Below are positions 26,901 through 39,982 of a stretch of 64,000 nucleotides of DNA, piece after piece (within the stretch, counting starts at the first letter, position 1; each line of letters starts with the position of its first letter). This stretch comes from Takakia lepidozioides (lineage: Eukaryota; Plantae; Bryophyta). The notes beneath the pieces were generated by a model that saw only the letters and a list, made by a program, of their open reading frames with translations, had not been told where the DNA came from and searched no databases. The stretch spans positions 27,032,001 through 27,096,000 of the forward strand of contig CM060733.1 in NCBI GenBank assembly GCA_030704615.1, given 5' to 3'. The position numbers and the translations under genes are program-made.

Positions 26901-27080
26901 TAGGATTGGGGATTGCTGCTACATAATAATTGTTTTTTGGTTGTGTTTTGTTCTGTGAATTCGACCCTTGCACCACTACATCCGTACAAAATATTGGACC
27001 AAAAACAAATAAAAAATAAAAAAGTGTTTTCTTCGTTCACTATTGCAGAACTCTCTATGAATAGTGCATGAAGTTGAAGA

Positions 27081-29740
27081 CAACTCAACTTTGGAGTGCA
27101 AATGAGGGAAGAAAATACGGTTTTGGGGCCAAATGGTTTTTATTCATTCTCAAATTTTCACACGCACATTGCATATGCTGTCATTAAGCATATGGTTTAA
27201 GAATGGAATAAAAATAAAATCATTTGCAAACGAAATGCAGTTTTTCGTCTCTAAAACACGTAGATGTGTTCAATACTTGAATGACCCATTGAATGAACTT
27301 GGTTCAAGCTCATATTTGGTCCACACGTGCTTAAGTATGTCCAAATCACATATGCAAAGTCTCAAAAGATAAGCAACATTAAGAAATATGCTCATCAACA
27401 ATGCATGAACTTGAAGAGAACTCAACCTTGGAGTGCAAATGAGGGAAGAAAATATGGTTTTGGGTGCAGATGATGTCTGTTCATTGCCAAATTTTGCATG
27501 CACATTGCACATGTTCTCATTAAGCATATGGTTTTAGAATGGAATAAATTTATTTCCTCAACAGACTCTGGAATGTAAAGACGCTGCAAGCTTTCCCCGT
27601 GATACAACAAAGACGAAAATGGATTTGGAAAACTAAGAAGTTTTGGCACTGAGTTGTTTTCTGAATTGACAGAGACATTGGTTGGAGATGGAATGCATGG
27701 AGAATGCTTGCATTGTTTTTTTGCACTGTCTCCATAGAAGGCCAACGATCGTTGAAGCTTTTAGTTGCGTAATAATTTATGAAGATGTACAACAAGTAGA
27801 AGCAGAGACTGATATTATCACCCAGATGAGGAATTGAAGCAGATCATTCTTGTTGGAGATCCCTAGGTGTATAAAGCTTTGGCCTTATTTCAAAATCAAC
27901 ATCAAATCAAACTTCAAATCAACAAATCATCAAATCAAATCATGAATACAATACAAGTGCACGTCGTTGCACTCCAATTACACGTCGTTGCCTTTGTGGG
28001 AGTTGTTTGACATAATCACCTAAGCCGTAGCAGACAACCACTGTCAGGAGACAACATTGACATCTAGATACATCACTGGAATGGTTGGAGATGGAATGCA
28101 TGGAGAATGCTTGCATTATTTTTTTGCACTGTCTCCATAGAAGGCCAACGATCGTTGAAGCTTTTAATTGCGTAATAATTGATGAAGATACACAACAAGT
28201 AGAAGCAGAGACTGATATTATCACCCAGATGAAGGAATTGAAGCAAATCGTTCTTGTTAGAGATCACTCGGTGTATAAAGCTCTGGCCTTATTTCAAAAA
28301 CAACATCAAATCAAACTTCAAATCAACAAATCATCAAATCAAATCATGAATAGAATACAATTGCACATCATTGCACTCCAGTTGCACGTCGTTGCCTTTG
28401 TGGGAGTTGTTTGACATAATCACCTAAGTCGTAGCTGACAGACATCCATTGTCAAGAGACAACGTTGACATCTAGATACATCAGATAACTTGTAGAGAAC
28501 CTCGGATTATGTGCATGCTAAACTTCTTTGGTGGCATCCTCAATTCCTTGACGAATTCGAAAGATTTTATCATAGAACGACGCAATTGCAATCGGCCCCA
28601 AATACTCTTCGTCACAGAAAAACGCGCGCACATACTCAGGTAGGATGGTAGAGAGAAGCACAACCTCGGATGATTTCGCTTTGTATATCGGATGAGATCC
28701 CATTAACATTTCCACCTCCATGTGATTTACATAGCGTAGAGTCTTGGGACCAATTTGCATCACTCGCTCTAGTTGCACGTCGTTGCATTTGTGGGAGTTG
28801 TTTCACATAATCACCCCCTAATCACCTAAGTTGTAGCAGACATCCAATGTCAGGAGACAACGTTGACATGTAGATACATCAGATAACTTATAGGGAACCT
28901 TGGACTAGGCGCATACTAAACTTCTTTGGTGGCATCCTCGATTCCTTGACGAATTCGAAAGGTGGACAATCTCATCGAAAAAATCCAAGAGCTTGAGAAA
29001 GCACCTCGGAATCTAAAGAAGGAGAGAGACAGACAACTGGGTTCTCCCTCCCCTTGAATGCCATCACAAAAAACTCGCGCACATGCTCAGGTAGGATGGT
29101 AGAGATAAGCACAACATCGGATGATTTCGCTTTGTAAAAAGCTTTGGCTTTATTTCAAGATCGTGGTTATTGGTTTTCAAGATCGTTGTCTCCACTCTCC
29201 GGAGACAACGTTCACATCTAGATACATTAGATAACTTCTAGAGAACGTCGGATTAGGCGCATACTAAACTTCTTTGGTGGCATCCTCGATTCTTTGACGA
29301 ATTCGAATGGTTTTTTCACAGAACGACGCAATTGCAATCGATGCAATACTCTTCGTCACAAAAAAATGCGCGCACATGCTAAGGTAGGATGGTAGAGAGA
29401 AGCACAACATCGAATGATTTTGCTTTGTATAAAACTTCTAGAGAACCTCGGATTAGGTGCATACTAAACTTCTTTGGTGGCATCCTCGATTCCTTGACGA
29501 ATTCGAAAGGACAACAATATCATCGAAAAAAATCCAAGAGCTTGAGAAAGCAGCTCGGAATCTAAAGGAGGAGAGAGACATACAAGTGGGTTCTCCCTCC
29601 CCTCGAATGCCAACACCAAAAACTCGCGCACATGCTCAAGTAGGATGGTAGAGATAAGCACAACATTGGATGATTTCGCTTTGTGTAAAGCTTTGCCCTT
29701 ATTTCAATATCGTTGTTATTAGTTTTCAAGTTTGTTGTCT
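27081..29740. repeat. Modular tandem duplications, including SF1 helicase fragments and an A-B-A-B array
   Basis: 27081 and 27420 are duplicated, as are 27679 and 28083. The shared block CATACTAAACTTCTTTGGTGGCATCCTCGATTCCTTGACGAATTCGAA (with minor variants) occurs at ~28515, 28912, 29260 and 29460, followed alternately by two different modules. Confidence 0.85.
27740..28270 (+). pseudogene. Two tandem fragments of an SF1 (UPF1/SEN1-like) helicase motif II-III region
   Basis: FNCVIIDEDTQQVEAETDIITQMKELKQIVLVRDH, compared with the consensus VIIDEAxQxxExE...xxVLVGDH. The first copy has LVGDP. Confidence 0.6.
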
Positions 29741-29744
29741 CCAC

Positions 29745-30050
29745 TGTCTGACTTCACCCCTTCCCCCATCAATTGATCATAGGTTTCCAAAGCCACCAAC
29801 CCATGTCTCTGTTGTGCATACCCTGCAAGCATAGCGTGCCACGACACCACATCTTGTTCAGCCATAGTGTTGAAAACTACCTTCGCATCCTTGGCATGAA
29901 TCCACTTTGGATAATGTGAGTATGCACCTGCTTTCCAGCTTCCAGACCTTTCAGCTTGACAAACGTATCTGAAATGCCTTCCACATTTGGCATACATGTC
30001 CACGAGGGTATTGTTCACAATGACATCTAATACAATTCCAGCTTTTGTAC
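29745..30050 (-). pseudogene. Scrambled PLS-class PPR fragments
   Basis: KAGIVLDVIVNNTLVDMYAKCG and DAKVVFNTMAEQDVVSWHAMLAGYAQQRHG. Confidence 0.85.
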
Positions 30051-30199
30051 CCATTCTGCTAAAGAAGTTTTACTTGAAGTTTATCTCATGCTTATGAGAC
30101 GTTCAAACACATGAGTAAACGAGCTATATGATAAAACCTATCGAGACAGTTCAACGGCAGTGACAACATACAGATGCACAAAGTGCTTCCGCACACTAG

Positions 30200-30999
30200 G
30201 AGAAAAACATGGAATAACCACTCTATTAACCACTCATTGTGAGTGGTAAAAGACACTAAACCATTCTGGCCCCAGAGTGAGGAAGAACAGTGGATTAGGA
30301 CAAGTGAGTGGTAAAAGACATTACGTGGCACTAGTGATTAAGGACAGTGGTTCGAACCACTCACGTCCGGGTCCACCTGTTAGCTGACGTGTCACAGTGG
30401 TAAACTGACGTGTTATATTGGTAAAGTAATCACTTCCGTTTTGTAGTGGACACATGTAAGCCGGTGGTCCGTGGATGATATTGGAGATTATGTTCACACG
30501 TGGCGACACTCTCAACATGGACACATGTCGTGTGTCAGTGCTATGAAATGGATGGAGTGAAAAATTCAATGACTTCCGAAACCACTCGTTGAGTGATCAC
30601 GAAATGACTCATATAGTGATTATATGAAAACCGAGAATATACAATATCATTCATAGCGTGGTTATGTGAGTGGATGACGTCTCTCAGCAGATCATTGGAA
30701 TGATTACCCACGGAGTGGTATGTAAGCTGTTTGAGTCATCCATGGTGTCTCTCTGAGTGGGAACTATGGATTGGAGTGATTACTAACAGAGTGGTGTGTA
30801 AGTGATTAGGAATACCACTGGAGGAATTCATACCACTAATACAGTAATATATAGGTGATTACTTATACCACTATATGAATGGTAATGTGGGCAATTGTGT
30901 GCATTTGGCTACTCCCATAGTTTTGAATTATACCACCATTACAGTGATGTGCAAGTGATTAGGAACATGACTAGAGGAACACATACCACTAGTGTAGTG
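30200..30999. mobile_element. Orphan CACTA right terminus with ACCACT/AGTGG subterminal repeats
   Basis: Ends in ...ACCACTAGTGTAGTG (reverse complement of CACTAC) and is preceded by dense short repeats. Confidence 0.55.
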
Positions 31000-31206
31000 A
31001 AAGAAGTACCATTGGGGATTCAAGCTCCACAAAATAGAATAGAATCCCAGAGAGTAAGTGCTGGAACACTGTCAACAAAATCCAGCCATGATAAAAGTCT
31101 GAGCCTAACTTCTACACGGCGTCTCCGCATGCATGCTAGGAACACTGAACTACTTTGTTGCCTTCTTCTCACTGCTAGCAATGTCTACGCCCAGGCGAAT
31201 GAAATT

Positions 31207-32670
31207 CTAAGCCCTCTTCATGTTCTTCTCTGGCCAAAGACAATTCAGACCGACGACATCCTCCAACATTGTTTGCGGTGAGACCTCTTCCTCGTTAGGG
31301 TGAGGCAAGACACAATTGGCAATATAGATATCATTCACCTCAACCCGCCACAATCCTTCAGGTATAACACGACAGTGATATGTGTCTTTGTCAAGCACAC
31401 CAGTGACAATTCCACTAGCAGCCCTGTGTCGTGGTAAATGAAGATCATACAGGCTGATTTTGTCCTTCAACTTAAACTGCACACAACACCCACCATAAAA
31501 CCCACATTAATCAACCCATGAAGACTTACATGTTGGTGCACTGTCGGTGGCAATATCAAGAGTGGCTTTCTCAGCCTGCAAACATCACGCCCAACACCCC
31601 TTAGCAGTTACATTTAGCAATGCATCTACTAATAGTTTGAAGTACCCAACATGTAAATGGCCACATTGTATAGAACTGATAGCCAACAGGTGCATGCATG
31701 CTTACCTCTAGTATGGAAACTCCTGCATGGAGAGGTGCCTCCTGAAGGCCCACCTGACTCTTACTCCCGCTAGAACTTGGTATTATGTCACCATTTGCAT
31801 CAGTGAAGGACTGTGTGCCTTTGGCAGTAGTGGCTCTGGTTACACGTTCTCCTTTTCGCATGTACTTCTTCTCAACTCCCTTCACGATGGCTGGGGCAGG
31901 GTCCTTTGCTTTAGTCCCCTTCTACATGCCAACAAAACAACAAGGTATAGTACACGAGTACGTCTTACCATACCTGATGCACACAATTCATGGCACACAC
32001 CAATAAATAGATCATTCATGAAATGTTTTCAGAGTAAAAAACAGAAAGCCCAAGGACAAGAACCAAGATAAAGTCTTTGAGGGCGTACCTCTTTCTGTGG
32101 GGAAGTTGGCTTTACATGTTGATCTACCAACCCCCTACTGTCACCCTTACCAGCACTATCGGTGGAGCAGACGTCATCACCAGCAGCCAATATTGCTGTC
32201 CCGCCAGCTCCACCTCCCTTCTTACGTGGCAATTTATCAGGAATTCCCCTGCGCCCCAATTTTACTTGGGTCACCACAAGGTCCTCAATGGCAGACGACT
32301 TTGGCTTTTCCCCCACCTCAAGAGGTTCTCCCTGCACCCAAACAAAACATACCAGAGCAGTAAACTTCAAAGTCAACTAACACTGAATGGATGACAACCA
32401 CAAAAATAAGTTGGGATGAAGGTGCACAAACCACCTTCTCCGTAGCAGTCTTGCCTCCCAAGCCTGCGTCGGAATCGCAAGGTTCAATAACAGTACATAT
32501 TGGGATAGTAGTTGGAGGAGGGGCGGTTGCTGACATTCCCAACATCATTGCCATCAATGCATCCAGTTTTTTGCTATTGTCCATAGAAGCCTTAGCAACT
32601 TCTGCTTTTATAGTGGCCAATTCGCCCTCAATCGTCGGGATCTGAACGTCTGCCAAAGCAAGCATACTGC
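31207..32670 (-). mobile_element. CACTA TnpA-like accessory gene, spliced and partial
   Basis: The last exon AASGIVTG..YHCRVIPEGLWRVEV..LPHPNEE..LEDVVGLNCLWP matches the En/Spm TnpA-like C-terminal pattern. The upstream exons encode coiled-coil and low-complexity sequence. Confidence 0.6.
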
Positions 32671-32759
32671 CCTCAAGGGATGACAGTCAAGACTGCATCG
32701 CACTGCCCCCTCCCTATAGAGCCAAAGAAAGAGACATAATCAGCCCGCATGGCCTGGCT

Positions 32760-34130
32760 ACTGCTCCTGTGCATACCCTGCAAGCATCGCGTTCCACGAC
32801 ACCACATTTCATTCAACGATATTGTTGAACACTGCCTTCGCATCCTCAATGCTCCCACATTTGGCATACATGTCCACGAGGGCATTGTTCAGAATAACAT
32901 CGGGTACAATTCTAACTTTGACGATGTCATCATGGACCTCTTTCCCGTTTTCCAGGGCTCCCAAGCTTGCACACGCATTGCATACACAAACTAAGGTGAT
33001 GTGTTTGGGCTTCACCCCTTTGCAGAGTACACATAAGTTCCTTGCTTTGCATCCTCAATGTACCCACATTTGGCATACATGTCCACCAGGGCAGAGTTCA
33101 GAATGACATCTGGTACAATCCCAGCTTTGACATTGTCACCATGGATCTCTTTACCCTTTTCTAGGGCTGTCAGGCTTGCACAAGCATTGCAATCACAAAC
33201 AAACGTGATGTGGTTGGGCGTGGGATGGAGGCTTTGGAGACCTATGAGCAAATGATGGGGGAAGGGGTGAAGCCCGACCACATCACGTCTGTGTGTTTGC
33301 AAGCCTGGCAGCCTGGAAATGAGCGAAGGGGGTGCATGGTTGCATTGCAAAAGCAGGAGTTGGTGAGAAGAATGATGAAGGTCAGAGGGGTTAGAAAAGA
33401 GCCAGGTCGTTGCTGCATTGAGATCAAGGTGCACACCTTTGCTGTAGATGACAGGTTGCATCCCATAATTAAGGAAATCCATGCTGAGATGAGAAGATTG
33501 TCTGGGCAGATGAAGTGCCTTCAAAACATTTCACCCTGTTTTTCCCTCTTATCAAAATCGTGCTTAAATTTTCATGTTGATTTCTGTAAGTTACTGGTTG
33601 AGTGAACCTTTGATAGTTTGCAATGCGTGTGCAAAGTTGGCAGCTTTGGAGAAGGACAAAGAGGTCGATGGCGACATTGTCAGAGCTGCAATTGTACCAC
33701 ATGTCATTCTGAACAACACCCTCGTGGTCATGTATGAAGAGAACAGTATGGCTGAACGAGATGTGGTGTCGTGGAACTCGATGCTTGCAGGGTATGCATA
33801 GCATGGGCATTGGATGGAGGCTTTGGCACCAGATGTTGTGCTTGGCACACTATGTAAACCCAGTAAGACCAGGGAGTAATTGAGCAGCTCAGTCTCAACC
33901 CTTTCCTAGTGCCAACAAACTCTGATGTGGATTCACGCCAAGAAAGGTCTGGAAGCTGGAAAGCAGGTCCATGGTGACAATGTCAAAGCTGGGATTGTAC
34001 TAGATGTCATTCTGAACTCTGCCCTGGTGGACATGTATGCTCAATATGGGTGCATTGAGGATGCAAAGCAAGGAACTTATGTGTACTCTGTTTATGTACT
34101 GGGTGTGGCAGGGAGGCTTTGGAGATTGTG
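32760..34130. pseudogene. Cluster of PLS/E-class PPR fragments in both orientations
   Basis: Minus-strand NACASLGALENGKEVH..MYAKCGSIEDA. Plus-strand E/E+ block RRMMKVRGVRKEPGRCCIEIKVHTFAVDDRLHP. Further plus-strand repeats at 33617-34130. Confidence 0.9.
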
Positions 34131-34802
34131 AATGGGTAATGCCTGGTAGGTGAACCTCATGTGTATTCTGATGTCTGTGCCAGTCTTTGAGCACTGAAAA
34201 AGTGGAGATGGATCTGTATGTATTTGTAAGCCTATACGTTCTGATGTGAGGTTCTCTGGTTTTATGACAGGAACAAAACTATTGTGAGCAGGAAGTGAAG
34301 GGCCATCTCCTATTGGAATTCCTCAATCAGCATAGCTGGGCCTGAATCAAACATCAATGGACTACGCCTTTCGTCTTCACTGGGTGTTGCTGCTAAAAAA
34401 ATAACCGATTGTGAGAGGGTCCCTAATCGAATGATGCTTCCAGGTACATATTCTATTATGCATTTACGGCAAGAGAAAATATCTTTGTTGTACAGTCAGA
34501 TTTCATTGATTCTGGTCCCTTAGGTCAACACCTAATCCTTGCATAGTAGGTCCCTAGATTACTGGCCAAGAAGTGGGCAATAAGTTTTTCTGTGCTGGGG
34601 ACTAGTGAATTTAGATGTGATCCAAGCCTAGAATTACCACCTGTGTTGTGACGTCTATCTCTTTCACTAATGGGCTATTTGGAAGTAGTAGCTAGGACTC
34701 AAAAGCATAGCATTTGCCTCCTACCATAGCCATGGTTGTCCACTGCCTCTTGAAAGCTCTTCTGGCTGCATCATGCTCTACTTCTACCGACATGTCTGCT
34801 AT

Positions 34803-34806
<4 letters not shown>

Positions 34807-34840
<34 letters not shown>
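34807..34840 (+). repeat. (CT)n microsatellite
   Basis: Perfect CT run. Confidence 0.95.
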
Positions 34841-34843
<3 letters not shown>

Positions 34844-34861
34844 CCATACATACAAACAACC

Positions 34862-35592
34862 ATGTCAACGTCGGAAATAGCCGACACAATAGACACTGTA
34901 ACAGACCAAGAAATAACCCACCAAGACATGACAAACGTGATATACGACAGTTTCACGTCCAATGACCATCATGCCCTAAAGGTGGGGAACACATGGAAAC
35001 GCCTGCCCTATAGTACAAACTTCCACAGCGCCTTGTGGAACGTCCCTTCGGACCGTGAAGAAATAGCAATCTTCGTAGGTATTGCAAAATTCCCCTACCT
35101 TGGCAAAACCGGGAATTGCAGATTCGTGACTTTCGCCGAAAAACTAAAAGACGCAAAATTCACAATATTGATAGAAGACAACCATTTCCTGTTCGACTAT
35201 GCAAATACAATAACGGAATGGTTCGATCATTGGAGGAGGCGAGGACATGAGGTGGATGGGTGGAAACAACATGAGCTTCATAAAAAAGCTCCTAAAAGCT
35301 AACGCAAACAACTCTGGCTCGACGTCCGGTAACAACACAAACGTCAAAAAATAACAACGACGATATGTACAATACAATAGAAGTCCTTAACGAAAATGGC
35401 CAAAAAATGGATGTAGAATCCGTACGTTCAGGGGATCTCGTTGCAGTCAAGTGTAACATCCAATATTGGATGAATTTTCGTCACAAGAAACATGGGCTTT
35501 CATTCCAACTAAAAGGGGTCAAACTGTTGGCCAAAGCATAAGAGGAGACAGAGTCGAACGACGACAACTCGAGCAAAGGCGTAGCTTGGTAG
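34862..35592 (+). pseudogene. Frameshifted ORF resembling a T7 gp2.5/Enc34-type ssDNA-binding protein
   Basis: N-part IAKFPYLGKTGN..DAKFTILI. After two frameshifts it reads IEVLNENGQKMDVESVRSGDLVAVKCNIQYWMNFRHKKHGLSFQLKGVKLLAKA*, then an acidic tail EETESNDDNSSKGVAW*. Confidence 0.45.
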
Positions 35593-35961
35593 AGCTTAAA
35601 TTAGACACATCTAAACCTTCCATGTAAGGGCCACCATATTTTATAAAGACCGTCCTCCTTCTCCTCTTCAAAAAGTCTACATTTTGTCCCAATGCATGCT
35701 CACAACGGATAATAAAAAAAAAAAACGATTTATCATAGTCCAAATCTACTTGTTGTACCAAGACGACCAATGGAAAACCCCTCCAACTCCCTCCTCCCCC
35801 CACCAATCGGATCCGTACTCTCTCTCATGATCCTCGAGTATGGCCCATCCGTCCGGACGTCCTTCTCAGAAGTCGTCGCTAGTAGTGCGGAGCAACGCGA
35901 AACCCTAGTGCTCATATTTCTCCACTTAGAAAATGTGGCACAGCGGCTGGTACGTGCACAG

Positions 35962-36070
35962 TGTGTAGCCCCGGTGGTTCGGGGTTCGAACCCGTTGCCC
36001 AGTCCTGTGTGTGATTGTTGTGTCGCCCTGGTGGTTTGGGGTTCAAACCCGCTGCCCAGTCCTGTGTGTG
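35962..36070 (+). repeat. Two-copy ~57-bp tandem repeat containing a B-box-like GGTTCGAACCC
   Basis: TGTGT..CCC.GGTGGTT.GGGGTTC.AACCCG.TGCCCAGTCCTGTGTGTG occurs twice. Confidence 0.75.
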
Positions 36071-37739
36071 GATTTTTCGTGACCAGTCTGGGGGTGACGT
36101 TTCCCTCCTGTGTGCCCGAACCTGTGATGCCATTCTCAATGCGAAATGTATGCCGTGCATGCGTCTGCCTCTCATTGTTCTCTTTCTGACTCGAGACCTT
36201 CTTCGGCATCTACCTAATAGCTCATCAGCAGATTATACCAGTCTGAAGCCTTGAATTCTTATCACATGACTATTACCTGCCCTTGCATTCTCTCGACTTA
36301 TATATCTGTACATTCCCCGGTTTTATCTCTGTTTCCAAATCTTCCCTCGACTCTCACACCATTCATACGCCGATAAGAAAGTAACTAGAAAGCAAGCAAG
36401 CCATTCCACTTCAATCGACTCATTGAAACTGCAGGGACACTCAAGAACTCCAGCTAGTTGCAATTTCTGAAATCAAGTGACCATGTTCATGCCACTATTC
36501 TTGATTGCAACGCTCACCTCACGAGATTGAATGTGCACTGACAAACAGGTATTGTTCATGTAGTTTCATTTCTTGTGTGTATGAAGAGAAAAGTAAGATG
36601 CCATTGAAAGAGTTTGAGATGGTCGTAATGCAAGCGTTCAATACGCTAACTTCTGACTTCACTTTGAAGATAATGATGTAAATGAACCTAGTCCTGAACT
36701 GAGGCAAAGTCATCTTACTAGCTGTACAGTGTAGATAAGAACTGTGAACCTAAGTACTGGTTGTGCATATGCTCTAACCCAAAGGAGCTACTTGGAAGCT
36801 ACTCAGAAGCATGTGTGTTTCTTCTGTCATTGTGTTTCTTTTCCCTACCCTCCTGTTGTGGCTGTTTTAAATGTCAAGCATCCTGTAAATTTACAATGAG
36901 AGGGAGGTGGATATAGGTTCCATACAGATAAGCTTCCATGCAGATGTCAGTTTTAAGGGGCTGGCATACTTCTTTTGTCACAGGTTGGTCAGATGATGGT
37001 ATTTACTGGTCTGACGTTATCACTTCAGTACTGAAGTAGCATCTTGTTTGGATAGCTAGACTCTCTAGTTTCATGTCCTGTGGGGTTACCAGAAGGCCCT
37101 GAGAGCATTTTTCATGCTTACCTGATTTCATCTCAATAATAGGTTCTATTGGGATAAGTTGTTGTTACATTCAAAGTGTATGTCCTGTAAGCAAATTGAA
37201 GCTGATACTATTGGCTGTGGCTCTGTGAATGTCTGTGGGCATGACCTGTCTAAACGCATCAGCTATCCCATTCCTTAACATGTAATGTCTCATTTAATCG
37301 TATGCTTTGTTTTAATTTTGCTGCACACTAGAGTGGCAGAGGAGTTTAATCTGGAACAGTGGGGCTATGGTTCCACACTCCTGGCTGCAGTATTCACCTT
37401 TATTCTTAGGGATGACTTTGAATTGTGGAAGTACCTTGAGATGCTGCATGTGAGAAATAAATCTCTTTGTTGCCATGAGGCCTAGCTTTACTTGTTGTGA
37501 AGCAGCCACATCAGTTAGTCAACATGGTACAGTTTTTAGCATTCACAGAGAGAGAGAGAGTTGCAAGAGTGCTTATGCCTCAATGAGTGAAATGTTTTAC
37601 TTCATGGTTCTTCTTAAAGCAATGGGTTCACTGATGTTTAGAGTTGGTAACCGAGATAGAATGGAAGAAGGTAATCTCATTTGCAAGTCAGATCTGCTTG
37701 TAGGAAAGGATACTGATATGGATGGTGGATGTTTTCGTT

Positions 37740-38548
37740 ACAAGTTTTTGACTAAGTTGCTCACACAAGATCTTCCTCTACTATTTGTTCGCCCGAACAA
37801 GACAATGGTCAATTTTTTGAAAGGGAAAGTTGTAGGTCCTGTCTACAAGGATTTCAAAGACGGGTTGTTTTTAAGAGGATTTGCTGGAGAGCTCTCAATA
37901 ACTCTCATAGAGGCACGCAATCTACCATATTTTCCCATTGGAACTACTTTTTACCTTGGCTTTTGTGGCAATTCATTCAGACAAGGCACCATGTCTGTGT
38001 CTCTCTCTCTGAGTCTACTGTACTGCTCAACGCACATCCCATCAACCGATGGACACTCTCAGAGTTCAGACAATATGTATGAGACAAGTAAGAGTTTACT
38101 GTGCAGTAATCTAAGAGCATATTCAAGCTCTAAGCAGAAGCTTTGTTGCAGAGTAGGTTAGCCCCACTCCATTCACCACATAGGAAGAGATTACCATGGA
38201 ACAACCATCTCTAGTTTTCAGTATACGCATTTCAATCACACAACTTTCTAGAATGTGATGCAGACATAGAGCAATAGTTTCACCAATCTTGGGAAGACTT
38301 AAAACTACCTGCTATTGCCTTCCCTCAAGCAGTTCTTGCTCCTGAAAGCTCCACAGATTGTGGTGACTGGTTGGCACTCTTGTAGATAAGTTTTGGAGAT
38401 GCATGAAATTTGGTGATTTTGTGAGATACAAGGAGTTGGTTGATGTGGATTTTTGGAGTGTGCAGGCAAGACAGAGCAAGTTCTTCATAGTAAGAAGAAC
38501 AGTAAAATGTCCATAATCGGTCCCCCAGGCTCTCCAGTCTGGAATCAG
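37740..38548 (+). pseudogene. Fragment of an SMP/C2-domain synaptotagmin-like (NTMC2T5-type) gene, two exon remnants
   Basis: KFLTKLLTQDLPLLFVRP..KGKVVGPV..FAGELSITLIEARNL (37740-37945) and GKT/EQVLHSKKNSKMSIIGPPGSPVWNQ (38465-38548). The rest of the gene is absent. Confidence 0.7.
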
Positions 38549-38668
38549 GTGACATGTGACATCCAAGGTGAGTTGTGACTGCCTGTACTTATCTTTTACG
38601 TAGCACATTAGCTGCCCTGTAGCGGATCTTTTGCCTCCCTATCTCTCTCTCTCTAACTCTTTATATTG

Positions 38669-38669
<1 letters not shown>

Positions 38670-38699
<30 letters not shown>
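38670..38699 (+). repeat. (GA)n microsatellite
   Basis: Perfect GA run. Confidence 0.95.
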
Positions 38700-38702
<3 letters not shown>

Positions 38703-39982
38703 ATGATTTAGGAGTCTGGCATGCAAGCCTCCCAAAAGCTGAATTTTTTTATTGATGGGCAGGTACTGGGAGGCAATTGGCGGAATGTGATGCGGCCAGG
38801 AGCACTGGCACGTGCATCCATTCCAGGTCGGTGAAGACTACCATAGCCGCCTATGAAGTTTGCCACATTGGTGGTTTGACAGATGGTTCAGTGATGGTTC
38901 AACAGCTAGAGGGACCAAGTATGCAAATGGGAAGGAAGCAAATTGATAAAGGACCTATAATAGCTATTTGGCTGTCACCATTGCGGCAATCGCCGCGGAG
39001 AGAGGTGTGATCTGTCACACGTAGCCTCTCCTTCCTATGCGATGGAGGTGTAGGTTTCGAGGTTGGGGTGGTAGGGGCAAGTTCATTTAATCAGATTACA
39101 GGTCCACTGATCCTGGTTGATTGATTTGCATGCCAGGATTGCAGATCACATTCCCCCGAACATAATCATAGCCAGGTAGGCAAATTTAAGAAATGTCACT
39201 AGGCTGCTGCGCCATGTGGGACGCCTGCTCATCAGAAAAGAAGCAGGCATGCAACGACTCTTTCCCCAGTGCGTTTCCTGTATGAAGCGCCAGAGTGCTG
39301 CACTTCACGATGGCAAGCATGCTTTGGTGTTCCACTTCTGACAAGGTTTTCCGGAGGTGGGCTCAATTCTGTAACTCTTCTGACCTTCTGTCAGTGGATT
39401 ATATTGCAGGCAGTCCAACTCACATCAGAGTTTCAGAATATGGTTGTGCTGTGAGCCTTGAGTTGTGAATCCCCATGTGACTGGTGGTTAGGGTTCCAAG
39501 TGTGTTGAGGGGGCAAGTGTGGGTGGGATGGCAGCCACCTTACTGGACAGGTTTATGTATAGGAGCATTGCAGCTGGAGGAGCATAATATGGCCCAAAAA
39601 TCATAAAGACTGCAGCCCCGCAAGGACAAGACACACTTAAAATCCCTAGTAGATTGGTAGATCATGCAATGAGGTTGATTATTTCTCTTGCTACCTTCAC
39701 ACGACTTAACGGCGGAATGTGGACCATTTGTACCTGAATGTGGATACTCCTCGGATTCTGATAGTATCTGAAGTTGTGCTTCAAAACTTCGAACTTTCCT
39801 CATCAGCAGAGCGTTATATTTCAGATCCAGAGCATCCTTCTACATGCAGACGAGTTAATATCCAGAGTAACCTTAAAGCAATATTTAATGTTTTGGACAA
39901 AGTGAAGTTCAAGACCTACTTTCTTTTGGGTTGATTCAACCTTTTGAGAAATGTGACTAAGCTGTTTGCAAAGAAACATTAA

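Noticed and set aside
28470-29740. CRISPR-like repeat/spacer appearance
   Set aside because: The units are hundreds of bp, the intervening sequences are themselves repeated, there are no cas genes and the context is eukaryotic.
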